Shown here piece after piece: positions 39,357 to 48,318 of a DNA stretch of 64,000 bases. The notes below the pieces were generated by a model, which did no database searches, was not told the origin of the DNA, and saw only the letters and a program-made list of their open reading frames with translations. Source of the stretch: Bacteroidota bacterium (lineage in GTDB: Bacteria > Bacteroidota > Bacteroidia > Chitinophagales > BACL12). Numbering within the stretch: position 1 is the first letter of the stretch; each line of letters opens with the position of its first letter. The DNA lies in contig JADJIS010000002.1 of assembly GCA_016706865.1 (NCBI GenBank), positions 484,419-548,418 on the forward strand, written 5' to 3'. The translations under genes were made by a program, and so were the position numbers.

Positions 39357-40000
39357 TATTTTTGGATTTCGCTTTTCATATCAAAAGTTATGGGTAAATT
39401 TTTGAGTCTATAATGTTCATCCAAAACGGATGCATTAATAAAATTCGTTTTTGACTCCGTAACTTGTCCATAAGCCTCATGTATATGCCCGCAAATATGA
39501 AACTTTGGGTTTATTTCCTGTACCTTTACTAATAGATCTTTGCAACCAACATTCTGCCCATCATTTGTTTTATCAAGTTTTCCAAAAACAGGTCCATGTG
39601 TGATCAATATGTCAATGTCTGCGGGAATTAAATCCCAATGTCTTTTAATTTGGTTACCCCGGGTTCGGTTAAAAGCCCAATCATAAAACCAGGGAGTAAC
39701 GGGTGAACCCCAAATTTTTATATTTTCTATCGTTATACCGCTGTCGCACAAATAAATAATATTGTCGGGAATTATTTTCTTAAACTCTTCTTCGGATTTC
39801 CGCTCAAAATAAAAATCGTGATTGCCTGCAATGAATATTTTATATTTAAAGTCAAGGTTTGTAAACCATTCTAAAAATTCAATTACAGCACTTTCCTCAC
39901 CGCGCCCACTTATATCTCCGGCATGGATAATTACGTCTCCTTGCGGGAGTTGTAATTTTTTATGCTGCCCGTGGGTGTCGGCGATTGTTATGAATTTCAT
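39356..40000 (-). CDS. metallophosphoesterase (calcineurin-like)
   Basis: Motifs ADTHG, GDISGRG, GNHD, THGP and GHIH appear in the canonical order. Confidence 0.85.
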   Translation of the reverse strand: MKFITIADTHGQHKKLQLPQGDVIIHAGDISGRGEESAVIEFLEWFTNLDFKYKIFIAGNHDFYFERKSEEEFKKIIPDNIIYLCDSGITIENIKIWGSPVTPWFYDWAFNRTRGNQIKRHWDLIPADIDILITHGPVFGKLDKTNDGQNVGCKDLLVKVQEINPKFHICGHIHEAYGQVTESKTNFINASVLDEHYRLKNLPITFDMKSEIQK

Positions 40001-40068
40001 TGTTGTTTGTATAGTAATGATTCTAAAGGTTTGGGCATTTATTATTTAAAATCATTAATATTGAAACT

Positions 40069-40344
40069 TCATTTATTTTTAACAACTGCTAATTCATTTT
40101 GCAGATTTTCAATTTTTTTCAATAAGTGAGCTATGGCATCTATTCCCTCAAGATTTATTTGAAGTTCAGTATGAAAATATATTAAACTTTCTAATGATTT
40201 TAAATGGTCTTCAATAATGTAAAAATCATTGCTTTCATCTATCAATTCTATGTGACCAAGCTCGTGAAGGGATTGAATGAAAGATACCTCCACATTAAAA
40301 TGAGTACAAACCTGTTCGATATGAATTAACTTACTTTTTTTCAT
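40069..40344 (-). CDS. cbpM: chaperone modulator CbpM (MerR-like)
   Basis: A 91-aa protein immediately downstream of a CbpA-type J protein and overlapping it by 14 nt. N-terminal HTH-like segment. Confidence 0.75.
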   Translation of the reverse strand: MKKSKLIHIEQVCTHFNVEVSFIQSLHELGHIELIDESNDFYIIEDHLKSLESLIYFHTELQINLEGIDAIAHLLKKIENLQNELAVVKNK

Positions 40345-41227
40345 TGGTTCTTATTGTTTTTAATTTCGAAAACAATTCTTTTTCTTCTGTAGAAAGTTGG
40401 GTAGGTAGTTTAGTCTGATAAGTAATAAATAGATCTCCATAGGTATTTTCCTTTTTATATAGAGGGAAACCTTTTCCTTTTAACTTTACAGTTGTTCCTG
40501 GTTGGGTTTCCGGAGCCACTTTCAGTTTCACTTTTCCATCAAAAGTATTCACAACAATATCTCCTCCTAACAAAGCAGTATATAGATCTATTCCCTCATT
40601 TTTGTAAAGATTATTGCCTTCTCGTTTAAATTGCGAATCATTTTCAATTTTAAAGGTAATATACAAATCGCCATTTGGTCCCCCGTTAAAACCTGGTGAA
40701 CCATGTCCTGAAATTTTTATAGTCTGTCCATTTTCAATGCCAGCAGGAATTGTAATTCGAATCTTTTTATTGTTTATGGTTAGTTCTTGTTTTTGGGTTT
40801 TATATACATCGGATAACTTGAAATGCAGTTCTGCATTTAAATCTTGGCCCCTGAATTTTGTTTGATTATATTGACTTTCTTGTCCCCCGAACATCGACTC
40901 AAAAAAGTCGGAAAAATTACCGGTATCATCATTTCGAAATTGCTGACCAGTATTCCGCCGGGATTGTTTCTGTTGTTTTTTTTCTGTCTCGAAAGCATCG
41001 GCGTGCTTCCAATCTTTACCATATTGATCATATTTCTTCCGATTTTCTGCATTACTTAAAACTTCATTGGCCTCATTTATTTCCTTAAATTTCTTTTCTG
41101 CCTCTTTGTTGTTTGGATTTAGGTCGGGGTGATACTTACGCGCGAGTTTTCGATACGCCTTTTTAATATCCTCCTGTGTGGCATTTTTATTTAGTTCTAA
41201 TATTTTGTAATAATCTTTAAATTCCAT
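40331..41227 (-). CDS. cbpA: curved-DNA-binding J-domain protein CbpA
   Basis: J domain DYYKILE...[12 protein letters not shown]. No Cys-rich zinc-finger region. Two C-terminal DnaJ_C beta domains. Confidence 0.9.
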   Translation of the reverse strand: MEFKDYYKILELNKNATQEDIKKAYRKLARKYHPDLNPNNKEAEKKFKEINEANEVLSNAENRKKYDQYGKDWKHADAFETEKKQQKQSRRNTGQQFRNDDTGNFSDFFESMFGGQESQYNQTKFRGQDLNAELHFKLSDVYKTQKQELTINNKKIRITIPAGIENGQTIKISGHGSPGFNGGPNGDLYITFKIENDSQFKREGNNLYKNEGIDLYTALLGGDIVVNTFDGKVKLKVAPETQPGTTVKLKGKGFPLYKKENTYGDLFITYQTKLPTQLSTEEKELFSKLKTIRTNEKK

Positions 41228-41418
41228 TATTTATTTAATTAATTTATTATTCCCGACTAGTGTTTGATCTGTTTTTTAAAACACTAAGTTACTGCAAATG
41301 TTAGTATGTTGTTCCTATTTATTTTATTGTACAAGCATCTAAATATAAATGCCTTCCAATATTCCGAAACGTCCTGCAGTTGTCTTTTGTCAGGTCGTTA
41401 CCGCATTTTAGTTTGTCA

Positions 41419-42075
41419 TTAGTAAATGGGGTCAAAACGCACACTTTGATGTGATATTACTTTCCCAGTTTTTGCATCTATATTGACAATTTCACTTTCG
41501 CCATAATCATCATTAAGTTCATTCTTTTTAATCCATAGAGTTTGACTTACCTCCAAAGAAAATGTTTTTGTTTTTTTGTCATAATTTATTGTCGCTTTAA
41601 GCGTGTCAATAGCTGGCTTTAAGTTTTGTCGTTTAGCAATTGTTAACGCCTCGTCTCTGTTGGTTAGTTGGCAACTATCGTTAGTCCAATAAAAGTCAGG
41701 GATAAAGTCAAAGTTGGCCTTTAGTGTCGGTCGTAATAAACTATCAAGGACGAATGATGTATTGCCCTTTATAGAGTCATAAGCTGAACAAGTTGGATAA
41801 GGAATAATTACATTCCAACGTACATCTACTTTTACAAATTTGCCTTTTGTCTTTTTAAATCTATTTAATGTCTCCCAATGCGGTTTTCCAAAAATGTCTC
41901 TGTATTCATAATATGTGTTAGCATCATAAAAGCAATTATTTGAAAAAACAATGTCGCCAATGTAAGTAATTAAAATGCTATCTGATTTAGCTCTAATCTC
42001 CGCAGTCAAATATTTTTGTCCTCAGACTGTTGTCACTGTATAAAACGTCAAAAGAAAAAAAGTCAGTTGTTTCAT
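41419..42075 (-). pseudogene. secreted hypothetical protein interrupted by an in-frame TGA after codon 17
   Basis: The ATG at 42075 encodes MKQLTFFLLTFYTVTTV. A TGA follows at 42024-42022, and the same frame then continues into the 196-aa ORF 41419-42009. Confidence 0.55.
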
Positions 42076-42093
42076 AGTTGTTTGCAATTGCTT

Positions 42094-42222
42094 GTAACGT
42101 TCGTGTAGCAGATTTGCGATAGCGGGGAAGGTAATCGAAAATCTTTAATAAAAATACAAAATTTTAATTATTGAAAACTATTTTAAGGAGTGGTGGTATT
42201 TTCAGAACAATCGGACTTGTTG
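42094..42222 (-). repeat. attC-like intergenic repeat, copy A (diverged)
   Basis: Shares about 70 nt at roughly 85% identity with copy B (CAGATTTGC..GGGGAAGGyAATCGAAAATCwTTAATAAAAATAC). GTAAC at 42094-42098. The distal arm is degenerate and overlaps the stop codon at 42225. Confidence 0.4.
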
Positions 42223-42224
42223 TA

Positions 42225-42668
42225 TCAGCTATCGCCCTTCGTTCTCGCTACTATTTTTCTTCGTTTTATCAACTTATAAATTGGCACAAATACAAAAGCC
42301 TGTATGATAGTCATTAATGCAGCATACTCTAGCCATTCCACTAAAAGTTTCTGTTTGCCATGATTAGTATAGTGATGTATTGAGCCGACCTCACTAAAAA
42401 ATTGGAAAATACCCCATCCAATAAGAAATACAGGGAATCCAACAATTAATGAGTTTACTACTTTAACGTCTACACCAATAATCCTCTTGTAGGTTTTGAT
42501 AAAAAAATGGAATATGAAAAATAGCAAAATGAAATAAGTGAATATAGCCAAATAGCTAATGAGGTTTGCCAACAATATATTAAATGAAAGAGCAAGGCCA
42601 CAAATGAGACCATATAGAATTATGAACTTTAGTGTTTTGTTGGTTTTAATTTTATTTTCGGTTGGCAT
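42225..42668 (-). CDS. small integral membrane protein (about 4 TM)
   Basis: 147 aa and hydrophobic. GTTAGC (minus strand) lies 7 nt upstream of the ATG. Confidence 0.55.
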   Translation of the reverse strand: MPTENKIKTNKTLKFIILYGLICGLALSFNILLANLISYLAIFTYFILLFFIFHFFIKTYKRIIGVDVKVVNSLIVGFPVFLIGWGIFQFFSEVGSIHHYTNHGKQKLLVEWLEYAALMTIIQAFVFVPIYKLIKRRKIVARTKGDS

Positions 42669-42708
42669 AAATTTGAGCTAACATTGTGTCTTTTTCACCT
42701 GCAGATTA

Positions 42709-43473
42709 CTAATCGTAAAAATTTTCCCAGTTATTAGGCGTAGGATCTGTTAGCTTAAAAATAGTTTTTTCTCTAGCGGTAAGTCCGCTATAATATTTAT
42801 TAAACTGCAATAAATAATCAGCTCCTATCCTGGTTCGCCAAAACAAATCGTGTTTGTTATTGTGCGGGAACTTGTTCCAAGGTGTTTGATGTGTGTATTC
42901 AAGTGGTTTGAAATGTCCAAAATATTTTAGGAAATCTCGAACTTCCATAAGAACAAAACCGAGTAAATTAAGCCCGGGCCAAGCATAAATATTGTCAATA
43001 TCCTTAATGTACTGAGAAAGTCCAATGCCCCATATATTGTCAACGGGACTTGCTTCAATTAATACTCTGTCACCTGTTTTTATTAAATAGTCAGCAAGTT
43101 TTGGATTTTGATTGAACTTGTGAATATTTCCAATCTTTACAATTTCAAATCGTTTGTTATTCCAGGTTTGTTCGTCAAAACCTAAAACTTGTCTGCCCAA
43201 TTCTTTTGCTTCTCCGGGACTTTCAGCCGCCAAAATTTTTTCAAAGTTGGCCTTGTCGTCAAAGAGAAGTGCTTTTTGCGACATCATCCAATGCTCAGTA
43301 GTTTTATAAGTTCTGTTGTCAACTGTGAAGGGACTCTCAAACCATTGACTAAAACAAAATTTGCCGACATCAACATTCAATTTATTGGTATGTCCCCAAA
43401 AGTAAATATACTTCAAAGTGTCTCCTCTTTCAAAGCTGTCAATCAACCATTTTATGTTGTAGTGTTTTGTCAA
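42709..43473 (-). CDS. NADAR (DUF1768/YbiA-like) family protein
   Basis: The pattern FSQWF.SPF.VD...Y.T.EHWMM..KALLF.D......I....SP.EAK.LGR.V.GFD...W......IV..GN..KF.QN..L...L..TG...L.EASP.D.IWGIG is seen. The only in-frame start is a TTG. Confidence 0.75.
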   Translation of the reverse strand: MTKHYNIKWLIDSFERGDTLKYIYFWGHTNKLNVDVGKFCFSQWFESPFTVDNRTYKTTEHWMMSQKALLFDDKANFEKILAAESPGEAKELGRQVLGFDEQTWNNKRFEIVKIGNIHKFNQNPKLADYLIKTGDRVLIEASPVDNIWGIGLSQYIKDIDNIYAWPGLNLLGFVLMEVRDFLKYFGHFKPLEYTHQTPWNKFPHNNKHDLFWRTRIGADYLLQFNKYYSGLTAREKTIFKLTDPTPNNWENFYD

Positions 43474-43526
43474 GTTATAGATTTAATTTTGGATTGGGAG
43501 TGATGTAAAATAAAAGCCAATAATGC

Positions 43527-43647
43527 GCTACAGATTTGCAATTGAGGGGAAGGCAATCGAAAATCATTAATAAAAATACGAAGTTTTGGGTTACCGAAAA
43601 TTATTCGGAGGTGGTCGTCGCCCCGATGGCGCAAATGTGCTGTTAGC
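43527..43647 (-). repeat. attC-like intergenic repeat, copy B
   Basis: On the minus strand it reads GCTAAC-agcac-ATTTGC-gccatc-GGGG ... CCCC-tcaatt-GCAAAT-CTG-TAGC. This is an imperfect palindrome with unpaired bases, starting 20 nt after the stop at 43667. Confidence 0.45.
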
Positions 43648-43666
43648 AGTAGGCTGTTCAGATGGT

Positions 43667-44362
43667 TTAAAAATCATCCTTATTAAATGTCAAGTCGTTA
43701 ATTGTTCTATTTTGTTCTGTTGAAAAGTAGCAATTTTTTCCGTTTTTATAAATTCCAAAGCATGAATTGTCGAGCCATTTACAATTCTTGGCATAATGAT
43801 AATTGCTGTCAAACCAATACCAATTATTTTTTTCGAGAAGTACTTTTGTAATTGTCGAATCTCTTGTCTTTATTACTACAGATAATTTAGATTTTTCTTC
43901 GGTTTTTGCTAAAATTATTTGTCCTACGTGTTTTCTGTCTTTTGATTTTTTTTCGGGATAATGTTTTTCAAACTTAAAGTCGCTTTCGATAATATGTTTG
44001 TAGGCGGTATTAAAAGCAGATTTGTCCCAACTATAAATGTCTGCAATTTCTATAACTGTTGTATGTAAAATTTCTAGAATGTATTTATATTTTTCTTTTT
44101 TAGAAAGACTTAAATATTTATTTTCATCAATAACACTGCCGTAACTGCAAATTGAACCAAAGTAATTTGGTTTGGCCCAGTTGTTTGTAGCGCCAAGGTG
44201 AAAGCATATTCTTCCAGTCTTTGTAGGTTTAAAACCGTTTAAGCTATCGTGATAAAAGTCAGCGATGTAATTTACTTTTCGTCTAAAGTCCCAGTCTTGT
44301 GGGGCGTCCTTAATAACGGTTCCGTGGTAATAAATTGTTATGTCGTTAAGGGGTGCTCCCAT
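43667..44362 (-). CDS. hypothetical protein
   Basis: 231 aa with an ATG start 27 nt downstream of the GTTAGC end of repeat C. No motif recognised. Confidence 0.55.
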   Translation of the reverse strand: MGAPLNDITIYYHGTVIKDAPQDWDFRRKVNYIADFYHDSLNGFKPTKTGRICFHLGATNNWAKPNYFGSICSYGSVIDENKYLSLSKKEKYKYILEILHTTVIEIADIYSWDKSAFNTAYKHIIESDFKFEKHYPEKKSKDRKHVGQIILAKTEEKSKLSVVIKTRDSTITKVLLEKNNWYWFDSNYHYAKNCKWLDNSCFGIYKNGKNCYFSTEQNRTINDLTFNKDDF

Positions 44363-44388
44363 GTCACGATTTGTTTTTTAAACTTACT

Positions 44389-44518
44389 GCTAACGTTTCG
44401 GGCTTTGCGAAGTGGCGGCATTCGAAGCGAAATCATTCATGATCACTAAAATCATCAAATGAAAATAAAAGTTTCAGGTTTACGATTCACCAAGCCATTT
44501 TGCAAAGCTTTTGTTAGC
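44389..44518 (-). repeat. attC-like intergenic repeat, copy C (best-formed)
   Basis: GCTAAC (44389-44394) and GCTTTGC (44402-44408) pair with GCAAAGC (44502-44508) and GTTAGC (44513-44518). The spacers are unequal (7 nt versus 4 nt). Total length 130 bp. Confidence 0.5.
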
Positions 44519-44558
44519 GGATGTGCTGACATGAGGTCGAATGTCCCAACCATCAGGT

Positions 44559-45449
44559 TCAATTTATAAATATTTTTTTTGTAAATTGTTTTTTGCCACC
44601 CATAATTTTCACAATATAATAGCCGAGTGAATAGTCCTCCAATGATACTTTATTTGTGGTTTCTATTAAAATATTGGTATAAATAATTTTACCATTTAAA
44701 TCAGTGATGAACATTTCGTAATTATGCTTTAAAGTTTCTATATTAACAAACACGTCATTATTGAAACTATAAATATTTACACCTGCCAATGTATTCTCCA
44801 TAATGTCAACCGTAATGGTATCACCGATTGTGTCACCTGCTAAAATTGCTACATCACATTTAGTTTCATACGCAAAATCCTTTATGATTAAAGTATCACC
44901 TTTACTTTTTACATCACAGCGAATCCATCCATAATGATTGCATCCTTTATCGTCGATAAATCGCACACCTATATAATGATCTATTTTTTGAGGATACCAA
45001 AAGCCTCTATCAATAATAGCTACACCATCTTCATTTAAGACCCTAGCTGCAAGCACCTGATAAAAATCATTTTGAAAATTTAATTCTTCATATACTAAAT
45101 CATTAACTAAAAGAGCATAAGGGTAATATAAAGTAAATCCACCATATGAAGGATCAATTACTACACTTAATCCTGCAATGGCATTATTGGAAATTTGAGG
45201 GGATGCATGCATGTAAAAGAAGTACAAATACTCTTCACTCCAATAAGTATATCCGGTACCGGTAAATTTTAAGAATGCAAAATCATACGTTCCATTGTTA
45301 TCCATGTCTAATCTAAAAACTTCAAGGTTGTCATTTACGACAGTATCCGGATCGATATTGGTGTAAACGGCTGCGGCATCAGCTTCCTTGAAAAAAAGGA
45401 AGCTGATTGCCATAGCTGAATATTGAACTAATTTATTCTCGGTTGCCAT
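44559..45449 (-). CDS. T9SS C-terminal sorting-domain protein, unknown function
   Basis: 296 aa. The C-terminal roughly 80 aa (VNIYSF...LNGKIIY...GYYIVKI) resemble a Por secretion tail. The start lies 2 nt after the upstream gene's stop. Confidence 0.6.
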   Translation of the reverse strand: MATENKLVQYSAMAISFLFFKEADAAAVYTNIDPDTVVNDNLEVFRLDMDNNGTYDFAFLKFTGTGYTYWSEEYLYFFYMHASPQISNNAIAGLSVVIDPSYGGFTLYYPYALLVNDLVYEELNFQNDFYQVLAARVLNEDGVAIIDRGFWYPQKIDHYIGVRFIDDKGCNHYGWIRCDVKSKGDTLIIKDFAYETKCDVAILAGDTIGDTITVDIMENTLAGVNIYSFNNDVFVNIETLKHNYEMFITDLNGKIIYTNILIETTNKVSLEDYSLGYYIVKIMGGKKQFTKKIFIN

Positions 45450-45451
45450 TT

Positions 45452-48049
45452 CTATTGTTTTACAAATTGTTTGTTCAAAATAAGGCCATTCGATAGCTCA
45501 ATTGTGAGGGAATAAAACCCTGCACTCATTGCGGAAATATCAATTGCATCATTATTTTGCATACTGTTATTATAACATACCGAACCCATCATATTTATAA
45601 TTTTCACGTTAAAGTTACTCATTTCCGTGAAATCTTTTCCATTTACAGTAATATGCAAGAAGGCGCTTGCTGGGTTTGGATACACATTTACACTAAATGC
45701 AGGTTTCTTTATTTTTTCATAGGGAGGGTAGTCGGCTTTGATAGGTACTTTTATATAACCGAAAGAATAGGGTGGAACCTCAATATGATACAATACATTA
45801 TCTGTGCAACAATTTTGAATGGTGTCAATCGTTGTTATTTCAATCGGGTAGGGCACATCATTAACATTATTGTAACATTCATTTAGTGTGAAGAGCGTAT
45901 TTTTACCTTTTCCGGCAGTGGAATAGGGTTTTAGTGCAGTTACACAATAAATAGTTGCAGTGTCTGAAACATATAACAAACCGTCCGGTGGGTAAATACC
46001 TGTTGTACCTGCAATATTCAAATTATGTTTTTGAGCGTCTTCTGTTACATTGGTAAAATAGATATAAAAATTTTCTTTTTCCGGGTCTATGAATACAGTT
46101 GGTTGCACATTCGGATTGTTTTTTGCAATTACAAAATTGCTCTGCAGATATTTTAAATCCTTTTTTGTTATTTCGCTTAGCAGTTGCATTACATAAAATG
46201 TTGAACGCTTCATATAATAATTACGAAAAGCTGCAGAATCCGGATCATTAATGCTATAAGGTGAAATATATTTCCCGAGCCAAACCAGTTCAGGGTCCGA
46301 TGCAGGGCTCATGATTGGGTTACTGCCCCCACCGGCAAAATTGTGCAAATGCGCGTATTTGAAAAAATTGCTTCGGTAATTTCCATTAAAATTAATTTTT
46401 AAGTTTTTCAACCACCATTCTTGCAACATTGTACAATGGATAAAGGATTGTGCAAATACACCAATTTGATTTACTTTTGTTGAATTGTAATTTCCTTGAT
46501 CTTTTAAATTATATTCAGAGGTAATTACATCCTTACCACCTTCAGCTAACGAAAGATTTAAACCTAAATGTGTTTTATGCTCATCCCACGATTCCAAATA
46601 CCGGGATTTAATAAAATCTTTAAAGTTACGGGTGATACCGTCAAAGGTTGCTTCTAATCTTTCATCATAAATATCGTATCGCCAACCATCATTAGTTGAA
46701 ATTGTATCACCTAAGTTGCAGGAGTAAGTTGTTTCTAAATGATCAAATGGTATGGAGTCATAATTATGTCCATCATAATACGGGTGAATTGCATAAGCAT
46801 CGAAAGATTTCCGAAAATGGCCCGGCCATCCGGTAATTTCCACTTTTTCCATTCGTTTTGTAAATAAGCTGTCGTTCCAATCGGAATAATTTACAACACC
46901 TGCAATTTTACCGGCAGCTTGCAATGCAAAGGTTGTGTCATGAATATTTTCAGCAGGTAGTGCTATTTTACAGGAACCTGTCAATGGTTTTTTGAAAGCT
47001 GAAATATAATCATGGTCCAACCAAACATCGGTGCCAATTAAAACACTGTCGAGGCTATCGGTAATACCTCCGTTTATATAGATCCAATAATCTTCCAACG
47101 AATAAATACCGAGCATAGTTTCGGAAAACTCATAATACATTTCATTACCGAGTTCAACATAGGTCACATTTACATCGTGTATTGAATTTCCGTTTGCGAG
47201 TGGTGTACCTTTTAAATAATCAACGATCCGTTTGCATTCAGTTGCAGTTTCATTCATAATATTCAGGTCAACTACCACCTCTACACTTTGTCCTGAATTT
47301 TCTGTTTCAATCTTTTTTATCATTTCGATAAAATCATCAATATATCGGTGTGTGCTGTCCAGTAATTGTTGCTCAAGATAGCTGTTACCAAAACTTTTAA
47401 AGTCATCAATTTCTGTTGAATCCATCCATGCTTTATAGAAGTTTGCTGAAGCGTCAGCTTCCAAACTATCTATTATTACAATAAATTCAGGTGCATTATC
47501 ACTGTAATCAGTCCTGTCATAAAATCGTATTATTTCTTCTAACACATATCCATAACCGGGGCCTTGCAATAAATGCATAAATTTACTGTCGGCGCCACCG
47601 GGAAAACGCAAACTTTTTGGTGCGAAATTGCTCATCCAATTCCATTGATCAAGTGCAGAGCTGTCGTTTGGAATTTGTTTTCTGCCAAAAATACCGGCAA
47701 CATGAAAACCATTCAAACCTTGATTAACTGTTTTCTGAACGCTTCCAAAATTGATATAAATTGTAGAATCCCCTTTGATTTTTGCATATTGATTATTATT
47801 GTTTGAATAAGCATTATTATTAATTCCCGATATAGTTCTTAAATTAATTTCCGGTTCTGTTTCGGTGATACCATCCTCCCAGTACCAAACTGTATCCAAT
47901 CCGTCGGCTAAAGTTTCTTCGATAATTCCAGTGGTGTCAAAAATTTCTTCATCAGGAAAATATTGTGCTTTCGTTTGAAGATGGGAAGTAAGGATTGCTA
48001 TAAGTATAACAGCTGTCCGAACATTTTTTGGAGTAGTAATATTTTTCAT
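45452..48049 (-). CDS. secreted T9SS-sorted protein, possible clan GH-A-like glycoside hydrolase
   Basis: 865 aa with a signal peptide. YVELGNEMY is an NE acid/base-like motif in a TIM-barrel-sized region (inference only). C-terminal VNVYPNPASAFLHITV...GFYSLTI is a Por tail. Confidence 0.5.
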   Translation of the reverse strand: MKNITTPKNVRTAVILIAILTSHLQTKAQYFPDEEIFDTTGIIEETLADGLDTVWYWEDGITETEPEINLRTISGINNNAYSNNNNQYAKIKGDSTIYINFGSVQKTVNQGLNGFHVAGIFGRKQIPNDSSALDQWNWMSNFAPKSLRFPGGADSKFMHLLQGPGYGYVLEEIIRFYDRTDYSDNAPEFIVIIDSLEADASANFYKAWMDSTEIDDFKSFGNSYLEQQLLDSTHRYIDDFIEMIKKIETENSGQSVEVVVDLNIMNETATECKRIVDYLKGTPLANGNSIHDVNVTYVELGNEMYYEFSETMLGIYSLEDYWIYINGGITDSLDSVLIGTDVWLDHDYISAFKKPLTGSCKIALPAENIHDTTFALQAAGKIAGVVNYSDWNDSLFTKRMEKVEITGWPGHFRKSFDAYAIHPYYDGHNYDSIPFDHLETTYSCNLGDTISTNDGWRYDIYDERLEATFDGITRNFKDFIKSRYLESWDEHKTHLGLNLSLAEGGKDVITSEYNLKDQGNYNSTKVNQIGVFAQSFIHCTMLQEWWLKNLKINFNGNYRSNFFKYAHLHNFAGGGSNPIMSPASDPELVWLGKYISPYSINDPDSAAFRNYYMKRSTFYVMQLLSEITKKDLKYLQSNFVIAKNNPNVQPTVFIDPEKENFYIYFTNVTEDAQKHNLNIAGTTGIYPPDGLLYVSDTATIYCVTALKPYSTAGKGKNTLFTLNECYNNVNDVPYPIEITTIDTIQNCCTDNVLYHIEVPPYSFGYIKVPIKADYPPYEKIKKPAFSVNVYPNPASAFLHITVNGKDFTEMSNFNVKIINMMGSVCYNNSMQNNDAIDISAMSAGFYSLTIELSNGLILNKQFVKQ

Positions 48050-48318
48050 TTTAACTAATTTGTGGTTAATTTATTCAATAGTAATGATGTAAGAAATGAG
48101 CGCATAGGTTTTTACACCTACGAACTATCAAAGAAGTCTATGGATAAGATATTTTTATGGTTGAAGTGTTCCGTAGGCATATACGCTAACTAGTTTATTG
48201 GAGAAGTTTCCTCCCAATAAACTTCTCCAACCCTTCCAAAATGGCAGGATAGGAGAATAACCAATATTCAAATCTACCTATTATTTCTAACTTTAAAATT
48301 AATGAAATCTTTCACTCA

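Noticed and set aside
41290-41420. A fourth attC-like site after the last cassette ORF (GGTAACGACCTG...CAGGACGTT hairpin, and CTAACATTTGCAG at 41293-41305).
   Set aside because: The hairpin is only about 40 nt, too short for an attC site. The L-box-like ATTTGC has no partner arm before cbpA. At best it is a truncated remnant.
42675-48189. Lone GCTAAC hexamers at 42675-42680 and 48184-48189 as additional attC core sites that would extend the cassette array.
   Set aside because: A 6-mer is expected many times by chance in 64 kb. Neither hexamer has the paired second box or an inverted partner. The 42675 copy is mentioned only as a possible decayed boundary.
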